Below, in pieces: positions 37,601-46,423 of a stretch of DNA of 64,000 bases. Numbering within the stretch: the first letter of the stretch is position 1; each line of letters starts with the position of its first letter. The notes under the pieces are model-generated. The model was not told the DNA's origin, did no database searches, and was given only the letters and a program-made list of their open reading frames with translations. Both the position numbers and the translations under genes were made by a program. Source of the DNA: an uncultured Pseudomonadales bacterium (GTDB lineage: Bacteria > Patescibacteriota > Microgenomatia > UBA1400 > PJMF01); NCBI GenBank assembly GCA_964537615.1, contig CAZIBX010000001.1, forward strand, positions 1,929 through 65,928. The letters are read 5' to 3'.

Positions 37601-38121
37601 GATGTATTTCCTTCAGTGTCTCTTGGTATAAACGCCTCTAGTCACCACTTTGAGCTTTCTCCATAGGTATGTGGCCATGCTCCCAGTCCAAGTTGATATA
37701 TGACATAGTCAGCAAACGCTTGTATTATGCAGTAGGGCAGATTTAAAACGACAGTCGATAACCCTCCTACGAGGGATATTATTTTTTTCACTTTGGCATT
37801 ATATGTCAAACTTTAGCACGAACAGACAATCAAAAATCATGAAATCAGACACCCGTTTTTGGACTTAAGCCTGGTTATTACACCGTTACCTTTTTTGAAC
37901 CAGAAGATGAACACTACGTTCTCAAAAGGGTTTTTAAAAGAGGTGACTTAATAGATTTAACAGGAAGACCTCTGTCCTCTTCATTTGCAACTTCACCTAG
38001 GGGGTGATGCAAGCCAGCTGGCGAGGGCTAAGCTTTCTGGCGTCTGTAAATCTAGAGGCAATATATTATTTAGCGACTCGAAAGTCAACAACCCACCCAT
38101 CAACCCTCAAACATTACAGCC

Positions 38122-38541
38122 CTATTGTTTTGACAAAAGTAAGGCCGGATTTAAGTCCTGGAGTGTTTGTTTAGTTTGGTTGACACACTCGATTTGATTA
38201 CTCCTGCTACAGAGTGATAAAAGTGTCAAAGCTACCATTTCCGATTTAGGCTGTTGCTGATAGATTTTTTGCCACACATCGATAGCGTGGTCAAGTTGTG
38301 GTTTGGTCAGTTGGACGGTTTGGGGCAGGGGAGAGATAGTGGGCCAAGTTTGAACCTGAACTGGTGGCCAGAAATGAGCCAAAGTACTTAGACCTACCAA
38401 GCTTAGAATAACTACCAACAACACGCCGGCCGAGCGGACTTTGGCTTGGGCCAAAAAAACCAAACCCACAAAATAAACGATATTGGAGACGAGCAGAGTC
38501 AAAAATACCGGGCGGGGTAGGCGAGGCAGGATTTTGGTCAT
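38122..38541 (-). CDS. Small membrane protein (2–3 TM), hypothetical
   Basis: Hydrophobic N-terminal helices (LTLLVSNIVYFVGLVFLA…, VLLVVILSLVGLSTLAHFW). It lies immediately downstream of valS on the same strand. Confidence 0.5.
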   Translation of the reverse strand: MTKILPRLPRPVFLTLLVSNIVYFVGLVFLAQAKVRSAGVLLVVILSLVGLSTLAHFWPPVQVQTWPTISPLPQTVQLTKPQLDHAIDVWQKIYQQQPKSEMVALTLLSLCSRSNQIECVNQTKQTLQDLNPALLLSKQ

Positions 38542-38545
38542 AGTT

Positions 38546-40831
38546 TTATTTTGTATTTGACCGATTTGAGTTGAGTTGATTTGTGTTAGGCCAGGGTGAG
38601 GTCATCAGTAGATGATGGTCAATTAGCCCTGTCGATTGTAAATTTTGCCAGATTGCTTCAGTCACAAACGGCACAAACGGATGAAGCATTTTGATAAAAC
38701 TGACCAATGCTTGGCGCATGAAACGATGACTTAATTCACCTTTTTTGTGTTGTTCGATGGCCTGGTCACAGTACCAGTGCCAGAATTCGTCATAGAGAGT
38801 GTCGGCGGCCAAGCCCAGCTTGAATTGATCCAAATACCTGGTGATGTCTTTGATCACTTGATTCAGTTTTTCATCTGCCACTTGATCACCAGCTTTATCT
38901 CCGGTTTGGTCACCAGCTGTTTTGTCAGCCACATAGCGAGCAGCATTCCAGATTTTATTGGTGAAGTTGCGAGCGGCTTTAAAATCACCTTCTCCCACCG
39001 ATTTATCTTGACCAGGGCTAGAACGTATGACCAGAGCTAGCCGCAAAGCATCGGCTCCAAACTGGTCAACCACAGACAGGGGGTTAACCACATTGCCTTT
39101 GCTTTTGCTCATTTTGACACCTTTGCTGTCCCGGATCAGGCCATGCAGATAAACGGTCTGAAATGGGGTTTGGCCGGTCAAGTAAATACCCAGTAGCATC
39201 ATCCGCATCACCCAGATGGGCAAAATGTCATACGCCGTTTCCATCACGCTATTGGGATAAAATCGGTCAAAGTCGCCGGGTTGGGTAGCGTGCAGAGTCA
39301 CAATCGGCCACTGACCAGAGGAAAACCAGGTATCAAAAGTATCGGTTTCTGGCAAATAAAACTTATTGTCTGTTGGTTTGGTTTGGCCCAAAACATAGGG
39401 CACATCACTGGCGGCGGACAAACTTTGTAAACCTTTGACCACCACGTCGCGATCATAGGTTTTTAATAACTCACTCAACAACCCCGCTTGATATTGGCCG
39501 TTTTGATCCAAAAAAGCCAGAGTGATTTTATGTTCATAGTTCTCGGCTTGGTACCAAACAGGAATCCGCATTCCCCAAACTATTTGGCGACTGATATTCC
39601 AGTCTACCAGGTTATCCAGCCAGTGGCGTAGGGTTTTTTCTCGGCCGGGGCCGAGAATTTTGGTTTGTTTTTGATCCAAAACTTGAACAATTTTTTTGAC
39701 TAAATTATTTTTTTTGTCTTTGACGCGCAGGAAGAACTGGGGGAGGGGCAGGGGCTCGATGATACGGCCACAGCGATAACAAGTACCGACAGAGTGAGTA
39801 TATTTGTTGTCAACTTTAGTAATCAGGCCTAACTCGGTCAGGGCCTCAACCGTTTTTGTCCTTGCCTCGGCCACCGACAAACCGGCAAACTGCTGGGTGT
39901 CTGCCGTCATTTTTCCTCTGGTATCAATGACTGGCTTGGTGGGTAAATTATGTTTCTTGCCGACCATAAAGTCATTCAGATCATGAGCGGGGGTGATTTT
40001 GACTACCCCCGTGCCAAACTCTGGATCGACAAAATCGTCTGATAAAACGGGCAGTTCGATTTCGCCCAGCACATCTTGAACTTTGACTGTTTGGCCGATG
40101 TATTTACTATAGCGTTTATCATCTGGGTGCACCGCCAGTGCTACGTCACCAAACTTGGTTTCTGGTCTGACAGTAGCCACCTCAAACGGGCCATACTTAA
40201 TATAATAGAGGGGGTCGTTTTTTTCGACATAAACTACTTCTAGGTCCGAGTAGCTGGTGCCGCATTTGGTACAGTAGTTAACTAGCTGAAAATCACGATA
40301 TATCAATCCATCTTTGTGTAATTTATAGAAAGCGTCATAGACTTGTTGAACCACTTTTTCGTCTAGGGTGAAAACAAATCGTGTCCAGTCCAAACTGAAA
40401 CCCAGGCGTTTAAGTTGATCGGTGGCGGTTTGGGAGTTGGTTTGGACGTAGTCCCAGATCTGTTGGTACAAACTTTGGCGGTCAAACTGGAAGCGCGACT
40501 TACCTTGTTGCTGCAGTTTTTTTTCAAACACATACTGGGTCTCGATGCCGGCGTGGTCGGTACCGGGTAGCCAGAGCGTATCATCACCCAGCATGCGGTG
40601 ATAGCGGATCAGCACGTCTTCTACTGCGTACATGGCGTGACCCACATGCAGGGGGTCGTTGGCGTTGGGTGGGGGCAAAATGATGGAGAAGTTCTTGCCC
40701 GTAGATACTCCGTGCGGGTAGGGGGTATTTTTGTCCTGGTCAAAATCCGAACGCGGTTGGTAGCCGCCAGAATTTTCCCAGAGTTTTTGCATTTCTGGCT
40801 CATGTGAGGTGTGGTTATAAGTGGAGTCCAT
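38546..40831 (-). CDS. valS: Valyl-tRNA synthetase (compact form)
   Basis: ILPPPNANDPLHVGHAMYAVEDVLIRYHRMLGDDTLWLPGTDHAGIETQ matches the ValRS signature PPPNVTGxLHxGHA…RxxRMxG…LWxPGTDHAGIxTQ. The KMSKSKGN motif is present. At 761 aa it apparently lacks the C-terminal coiled coil. Confidence 0.8.
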   Translation of the reverse strand: MDSTYNHTSHEPEMQKLWENSGGYQPRSDFDQDKNTPYPHGVSTGKNFSIILPPPNANDPLHVGHAMYAVEDVLIRYHRMLGDDTLWLPGTDHAGIETQYVFEKKLQQQGKSRFQFDRQSLYQQIWDYVQTNSQTATDQLKRLGFSLDWTRFVFTLDEKVVQQVYDAFYKLHKDGLIYRDFQLVNYCTKCGTSYSDLEVVYVEKNDPLYYIKYGPFEVATVRPETKFGDVALAVHPDDKRYSKYIGQTVKVQDVLGEIELPVLSDDFVDPEFGTGVVKITPAHDLNDFMVGKKHNLPTKPVIDTRGKMTADTQQFAGLSVAEARTKTVEALTELGLITKVDNKYTHSVGTCYRCGRIIEPLPLPQFFLRVKDKKNNLVKKIVQVLDQKQTKILGPGREKTLRHWLDNLVDWNISRQIVWGMRIPVWYQAENYEHKITLAFLDQNGQYQAGLLSELLKTYDRDVVVKGLQSLSAASDVPYVLGQTKPTDNKFYLPETDTFDTWFSSGQWPIVTLHATQPGDFDRFYPNSVMETAYDILPIWVMRMMLLGIYLTGQTPFQTVYLHGLIRDSKGVKMSKSKGNVVNPLSVVDQFGADALRLALVIRSSPGQDKSVGEGDFKAARNFTNKIWNAARYVADKTAGDQTGDKAGDQVADEKLNQVIKDITRYLDQFKLGLAADTLYDEFWHWYCDQAIEQHKKGELSHRFMRQALVSFIKMLHPFVPFVTEAIWQNLQSTGLIDHHLLMTSPWPNTNQLNSNRSNTK

Positions 40832-40870
40832 AAAAACTAATTATACTCGAACGAAATTTTGATTTTTTTA

Positions 40871-42640
40871 TCACTGTCCCACCAAATACTTCGCCGCCCA
40901 GGGTCGGTAATTAGAAGTATAGATATCCTCGCGCAAAACTTGACCGTCTTTATCTGTTACTCGATTGGTAAACTTGGCCTTAATCCCACTGGCGGCCCAG
41001 TCGATTTGTTTTTTTACCCCAGTAGGCAGTGAAGGATCGGGGATAAACTGGGGGGCTAGAGCTGGCCTGGGATCCCAAGTTACATGATTAACAATTTGTC
41101 CCCGTCGGCCGGAGTCGGTGCCGTAAAGCTCAAAATACATGGATAAGTTCTGGGCATCAGCTGCTCCGTGAATCAAGACATAGTGACCGGTGTCGTTTTT
41201 GAAACGCAGATCAGTGTTGCCAGAAAAAACCGTGGCATCCACACCTGGTTTGCTATCCAGTTCATAGTAACTGACGCGGTAAGAGTGGGGGAGGCGCCTG
41301 GTGACGGGCAGGCCGGCATTTAACAAAGCTCTAAACAAAGTCGTGCTGACCTGACACACCCCGCCGCCATCACCCAGCACTGTTTGGCCATTCTGGATGA
41401 TGTAAGCTGGTTTGAAGCCAGTCAGTTGGGACACATCGCCGATGGCCTTATTGAAAGAGAACTCGCTATCAGGCGGAACTAGAAAGTGATTGATCCGGCT
41501 GGTAGCCAGAGACACGTTGTGAATCCGGCTGGGGATAGAGTGGGCGTACTTACTTTCGCCATAGCCAATCAGCGACTCGATACCCAAGTCATTGGTGGCA
41601 GACAGTGGCACTTGGGCGGTGGTTTTGGTCATCACCAGATTGATAGGGGAGAGAGAAGCACTGGTAGTGGCGCTTAACTGTTCAAGTTGCTGACTGACAT
41701 CGCTTGTTAGTTTCTGTGTATCTACACCTAGACCGGGTTTGTCCGGCACAAACTGGTTAACCCGCATGGTGGTTTGGTCAAAGTCAAACTTGGCATCTTG
41801 TGGCGGGCGATTAAGTTGGTCGGCGATTTGTGTGGTCAGTTGGTCAAGTTTGATCGAGTCTAGGCCTTGGGGGTGGCCGATGATGCCCACCAACTGTTTG
41901 TCGTTTAAAGTGATTTTGATGTGTTCACTGGTTTCGTTCAGGGTGATATTTTTGCCCACGACTGACTTGGCGCGGTCAAGGGCTAGGGCGGAATCAGATG
42001 CACTCCAGACCTGGCCGGTTAATCGAGTAACCACCACCACTTGGTCTTGGTCGTGGCGTAGGGCATCTACCAACCGAGCTTGAGTTTGATCAAAATCTAT
42101 AGCTTGGCCCGGTTCGCCACTAAATACTTGCAAAGTCTTGGGCTGACCTGATGTGTTTAAAGTAACGCTGGGTGGTTTGGGATCGATATTAACGCGTTTT
42201 CCCAACTCGGATAGAACTGACTGATACTTGGCTTGATCGACAGAGTAGGGGGTAGTACGGTCGAAGCGATTGGTTGGTTTGATTTGATGTTTGAGCTTTT
42301 CCCACCATGGAGTATGTTGCCACTCGGCTATCATCTGGTCTAGGGTTTGTTGGGGATTGTGGCTGACACCTAGAGCGCTAGATGAAGTTGTAGCCGATAC
42401 CAACCCGGCTGTCAGAGTTAAAATAGGATCAGTTGGGCTGGTTACTTGTTGTGAATAATAGTTATGTACTTGAGTGATGGGTTGGTAATCCAGCTTCACA
42501 CTATCCAGTCGGGCCATTGCTGGTAGGCGAGCACTACTCCAAAAATTAAAAACCACCACACCTACAGCTAGTAGAGTAAAAATCAAACCACTGACAACCA
42601 ACTCCCGATGATGAGCGTTGGCCAAAAAACCACGGAGCAT
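40871..42640 (-). CDS. VanW-family protein (N-terminal TM anchor, extracytoplasmic)
   Basis: The C-terminal region (…QNGQTVLGDGGGVCQVSTTLFRALLNAGLPVTRRLPHSYRVSYYE…) matches the VanW signature (GGGvCQvSTTLynA…eR.nHs). There is one N-terminal TM. Confidence 0.7.
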   Translation of the reverse strand: MLRGFLANAHHRELVVSGLIFTLLAVGVVVFNFWSSARLPAMARLDSVKLDYQPITQVHNYYSQQVTSPTDPILTLTAGLVSATTSSSALGVSHNPQQTLDQMIAEWQHTPWWEKLKHQIKPTNRFDRTTPYSVDQAKYQSVLSELGKRVNIDPKPPSVTLNTSGQPKTLQVFSGEPGQAIDFDQTQARLVDALRHDQDQVVVVTRLTGQVWSASDSALALDRAKSVVGKNITLNETSEHIKITLNDKQLVGIIGHPQGLDSIKLDQLTTQIADQLNRPPQDAKFDFDQTTMRVNQFVPDKPGLGVDTQKLTSDVSQQLEQLSATTSASLSPINLVMTKTTAQVPLSATNDLGIESLIGYGESKYAHSIPSRIHNVSLATSRINHFLVPPDSEFSFNKAIGDVSQLTGFKPAYIIQNGQTVLGDGGGVCQVSTTLFRALLNAGLPVTRRLPHSYRVSYYELDSKPGVDATVFSGNTDLRFKNDTGHYVLIHGAADAQNLSMYFELYGTDSGRRGQIVNHVTWDPRPALAPQFIPDPSLPTGVKKQIDWAASGIKAKFTNRVTDKDGQVLREDIYTSNYRPWAAKYLVGQ

Positions 42641-42803
42641 AGCTTGATATTGTGCCAGACAGATGGTGGATATACAACTTCCGATCTTTGAGCAGAAGTT
42701 TAGTGGGCCAGCTGATCATTGGTCAGCCGATCTGTTGTTGCGTCACGGCTCTATTCTAGATACTATATAGTAGTACTCACCGTTTGAACGGTGGGTATGT
42801 GTT

Positions 42804-44993
42804 ATGCCAGACAGCACTTTGCCCAAACCTACACCGCCCAGCTCTCCAGTTTCGTCTGGATCACCTATTTCTAGCACTCCGACTGTCTTGCCTCCCTCTG
42901 TTTCCCCTCTGACTCTTACTACCGCAGTTACTTCACCTACTTCTACACCGACTACCATTTCTACACCCACACCTACGTCTGCCACACCTACGTCCACCAC
43001 ACCTACGCCAGATGACGTATCCGGTCCGCCTCTGAAGTTAAGCGTGCAAGGAGATATAGTGCCGGCCACCGATCCAACCGATGACGACCTGACTCCGCCC
43101 CCCTCGACCCTACAATCAGCTCCACCGGCTCCACTGCCGAAACCTTTGGCTCCCGCCGATTTGCCAGGGCCAACAGTTTTATCTACGCCCAAACTTCCCA
43201 CTTCACCCTCGATCACTCCCACTTCACCCTCCATCACTCCCACCTCGACTGGCACTGATCCCAAACCAGTTACTTCTGTCACTCCGTCTCCTGTATCAAT
43301 GACCGGTCCAGTTATTTCGCCGCCCACTACCCCAGTCGCTCCGTCACCCACCACTTCAGTTAATCCACCTGCCACCACCCCAGTTACGTCGCCCACTAAC
43401 ACCCCAGTTACTCCACCACCCACTACCCTGACGGCTTTGTCCTCTATGACCAGCGCATCAGTTCCGCCCACTCCGCCCCCCACCCCCACCGCGCCCACCG
43501 CCTCTGGCCCCAAAACCCAACCGGTTTTGGCCACCGCCCCCAAAAAATCGTTTCCCTTACCATTACTTTTAGGTCTGGGAGCTCTGGTTTTGTTAATTTT
43601 GGGAGCTGTGGCTTTCTTTTTGTTAAGGCCCGGCTCAACTTCAGTTAGTACTAGACAAGACTCAACTGATGGTGGTCAAACCACCCGTCAAACCACTGGC
43701 AACCAAACCACAGGTTCTGGCACCAATCCAGCCAACCAATCCAACCAAACCAGTGGTGGCAGTGGCGCCGGCGCAACTACTGGTCAAAATACCACCAGCT
43801 CTGGTCAGCCGGTAGTTCTCGAGTATTGGGGACTGTGGGAACCAGAGAGTTTGATGACAGAAGTGCTGGCAAATTATCAAAAAGACCACCCCGGAGTCAG
43901 TGTCCGCTACACCAAACAGTCATATCAAGATTACCGTCAGCGTTTACAGACGGCGGTTGCGTCTGGAAATGGACCGGATCTATTTCGTTTTCACGCCAGT
44001 TGGGTGCCGATGCTGAAAAATGAATTAGCACCCATGCCGGCTTCGATTATGACAAGCAACGAGTTTAGCAACATCTTTTTTCCAGTGGCCACCACTCAAC
44101 TTCAACAAAATGGCCAAATTGTCGGCATTCCCCTGATGTACGATGGACTGGTTCTTTATTACAACAAAGATATTTTCAAAACCGCCGGCGTTGATCCGCC
44201 TCAAACTTGGGCCGAGGTTAGAACTTTGGCCAGCAAGCTGGCTATTAAAAACAGCTCGGGTGGACTGCAGCGCGGGGGTATCGCCATGGGTAATGTGGCC
44301 AATGTCGAACACTTCTCCGATATCTTAGGCACACTTTTACTGCAAAACGGCGCCGACTTAACCAGACCCAACTCGGCCCAAACCAGAGATGCTTTGTTGT
44401 TTTATACCAATTTTGTTAAAGTTGATAAAGTTTGGGACGACCAGCTACCCAGCTCAACTTTGGCTTTTTCCAGAGGTGATGTAGCTATGATGTTTGCTCC
44501 TTCGTGGCGAGCTCACGATATCGCCGCTCAAAACCCCGGCTTGCAGTTTGGCACAGTACCTTTGCCTAAGTTGAGCGAAAAACGTTTGGGCTGGGCTACT
44601 TACTGGGCTGAAGGGGTGAGCCAGCAGAGTAAACATAAGCAGGAGGCCTGGGAGTTGCTCAAGTACTTGAGTTCTAGTCCAGTCATGAAATCCCAGTATG
44701 CTCAAACTGCTGCTACCCGCAGTTTTGGTGAAATTTATTCCCGTCAAGATATCGCCAGTGAGCTGGCCAGCACAGAGGTGGTCAAAAGTGTTTTGGAAGA
44801 TGCGCCTTTTGCCAAAAACTGGTATCTCAATTCATACACTCACGACGATGGTCTCAACGACAATCTGATCCAGTACTACACAGATGCCGTCAACGGTATT
44901 TTGACCGGCAAAAGACCAGAGGAAGTGCTGGTAACTTTGGAGCAGGGGACAGCCCAAGTTTTGGGTCAGTATAACGTCGGTCTAACTCTGTAG
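42804..44993 (+). CDS. Extracellular solute-binding protein (family 1, sugar-type ABC SBP) preceded by a ~250-aa Pro/Thr/Ser-rich low-complexity region and a TM; start uncertain
   Basis: The C-terminal ~450 aa (VVLEYWGLWEPESLMTEVLANYQKDHPGVSVRYTKQSYQDYRQRLQTAVASGNGPDLFRFHASWVP…) is SBP_bac_1-like. A TM (LPLLLGLGALVLLILGAVAFFLL) precedes it. The N-terminal PT-rich sequence may be partly non-coding. Confidence 0.6.
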   Translation: MPDSTLPKPTPPSSPVSSGSPISSTPTVLPPSVSPLTLTTAVTSPTSTPTTISTPTPTSATPTSTTPTPDDVSGPPLKLSVQGDIVPATDPTDDDLTPPPSTLQSAPPAPLPKPLAPADLPGPTVLSTPKLPTSPSITPTSPSITPTSTGTDPKPVTSVTPSPVSMTGPVISPPTTPVAPSPTTSVNPPATTPVTSPTNTPVTPPPTTLTALSSMTSASVPPTPPPTPTAPTASGPKTQPVLATAPKKSFPLPLLLGLGALVLLILGAVAFFLLRPGSTSVSTRQDSTDGGQTTRQTTGNQTTGSGTNPANQSNQTSGGSGAGATTGQNTTSSGQPVVLEYWGLWEPESLMTEVLANYQKDHPGVSVRYTKQSYQDYRQRLQTAVASGNGPDLFRFHASWVPMLKNELAPMPASIMTSNEFSNIFFPVATTQLQQNGQIVGIPLMYDGLVLYYNKDIFKTAGVDPPQTWAEVRTLASKLAIKNSSGGLQRGGIAMGNVANVEHFSDILGTLLLQNGADLTRPNSAQTRDALLFYTNFVKVDKVWDDQLPSSTLAFSRGDVAMMFAPSWRAHDIAAQNPGLQFGTVPLPKLSEKRLGWATYWAEGVSQQSKHKQEAWELLKYLSSSPVMKSQYAQTAATRSFGEIYSRQDIASELASTEVVKSVLEDAPFAKNWYLNSYTHDDGLNDNLIQYYTDAVNGILTGKRPEEVLVTLEQGTAQVLGQYNVGLTL

Positions 44994-44994
44994 T

Positions 44995-46401
44995 TTGATA
45001 GCGTACAATACCGTCACCGTGCCGGTTCAGTCTTATTTTTTACGATTACTTTTGACTTTGTCTTACAGTCATGTTTTTGACAAAGGTCTGTCTATCGCAG
45101 ATCTATACTTGCGCCAAGTTGCTTTGGCTAGTTATGACTTTATATCTTGGCCACAAGTGACCGCAGCAGTGGCTCAACTGCGTCGGCATAAGGTCATCCG
45201 GATTGATCGGGATCAAATTTTACCGTTTGACCGAATAATCGGTGATGAGCTAACCACCGGTTGGAGTCAGTCCACTCCCGCTCATTTGCAAGCAGCTTTG
45301 CAAGCGTCTAAATTGGCTGAAGCTGAAATGGTGGCGTCACTGCTTAATAAATTACCTTGGGTTCAGGCCGTGGCATTGACGGGGTCGGTGGCGGTAGGTA
45401 ATACCAAACCCAAAGACGACTGTGATTTTTTCATTATCACCACTCCCCACACTTTGTGGTTAACCCGATTGGTAGTTTTATGGATCGCCAAACTTCACGG
45501 TAAGCGGCGATCTTTTGCCAAAGAGGAATCAGACAGTTGGTGTTTTAATATGTGGTTGAGTGATAATAGCTTGGTTTTGCCGGTTAATATGCGATCTTTG
45601 TACACGGCTTATGAACTATGCCAAGCGGTGTGGTTGGTCAATAAAAACTTAACCGCCCAAAGATTTATAGCGCTTAATTCATGGGCCCGGCGTTTATTGC
45701 CGGTTTATTATTTGACGGCTTATCAAGCTGTTTACAAACATAATACAACTCATCTACCAGGCACAAAAACTCTATTTTGGTTGATTGGTGTTTTGACTCC
45801 ACTACTGAACGCATGGTGCTTTTTGATGCAGTACTTGTATATGTTGCCTCACAAAACCAGCGAGTGGGTAGGTTACTCTCACGCCTTTTTCCATCCCCGT
45901 CCCACCGGCCAATTGACTTTACACAAGCTTCAAAGTTGGCTAGAGTACTATCTTTACTCAAAAACCGAAAGAAAACCGAAAAAAAAGATCAAACGGGTAT
46001 TAGTGACTGGTGTATTTGATTTACTGCACACCAAACACCGTCAGTTACTGCAACAGTCGGCCCGATTGGGTCAACTCTGGGTGGGAGTTGAGTCAGATCA
46101 GCGGACCCGGACCCTGAAAGGTTGGGACAGACCACTCCAACCCGCCTGGTGGAAGGTCATGCAGCTAAATCGTCTGGCCGTAGTCAGCCGAGCTTTCATT
46201 TTACCAACCCAAATTGATCAAGAGGAAGTTCAGCGCCAGCTTTTGGCTAAGATCAAACCGGATATCCTGGCTGTTTCCGCCTCGACACCTCACTTGGCTC
46301 AAAAAAAACGCTTGATGGCAGAAATTGGTGGTCGAGTTGAGGTTGTTTTACCTCATGATCAAACGATTTCCACTACTCAAATTGTGCAAGCCAAACGTTA
46401 G
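44995..46401 (+). CDS. Two-domain protein: Pol-beta-superfamily nucleotidyltransferase-like N-terminal part fused to a cytidylyltransferase-like (HxGH) C-terminal domain
   Basis: N-terminal …ALTGSVAVGNTKPKDDCDFFIIT… matches the GS…[DE]x[DE] NTase motif. C-terminal …RVLVTGVFDLLHTKHRQLL… matches the GxFDxxHxGH cytidylyltransferase motif. Confidence 0.45.
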   Translation: MIAYNTVTVPVQSYFLRLLLTLSYSHVFDKGLSIADLYLRQVALASYDFISWPQVTAAVAQLRRHKVIRIDRDQILPFDRIIGDELTTGWSQSTPAHLQAALQASKLAEAEMVASLLNKLPWVQAVALTGSVAVGNTKPKDDCDFFIITTPHTLWLTRLVVLWIAKLHGKRRSFAKEESDSWCFNMWLSDNSLVLPVNMRSLYTAYELCQAVWLVNKNLTAQRFIALNSWARRLLPVYYLTAYQAVYKHNTTHLPGTKTLFWLIGVLTPLLNAWCFLMQYLYMLPHKTSEWVGYSHAFFHPRPTGQLTLHKLQSWLEYYLYSKTERKPKKKIKRVLVTGVFDLLHTKHRQLLQQSARLGQLWVGVESDQRTRTLKGWDRPLQPAWWKVMQLNRLAVVSRAFILPTQIDQEEVQRQLLAKIKPDILAVSASTPHLAQKKRLMAEIGGRVEVVLPHDQTISTTQIVQAKR

Positions 46402-46423
46402 AGTAATAGTGTAGAGTAACAGT

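Noticed and set aside
37601-38121. tmRNA, RNase P RNA, SRP RNA or tRNA in the 520-bp non-coding stretch
   Set aside because: I could not find the tRNA-like 3' end or resume-codon context of tmRNA, the GGAAAGUCCGG P4 motif of RNase P RNA, the SRP domain IV motif, or a T-loop GTTCRANYC. It remains unassigned pending an Rfam scan.
42743-43543. 266-aa Gly/Val-rich ORF on the minus strand
   Set aside because: It is the antisense reading of the Pro/Thr/Ser-rich low-complexity coding (or leader) region of the solute-binding protein gene. Such mirror ORFs are expected artefacts.
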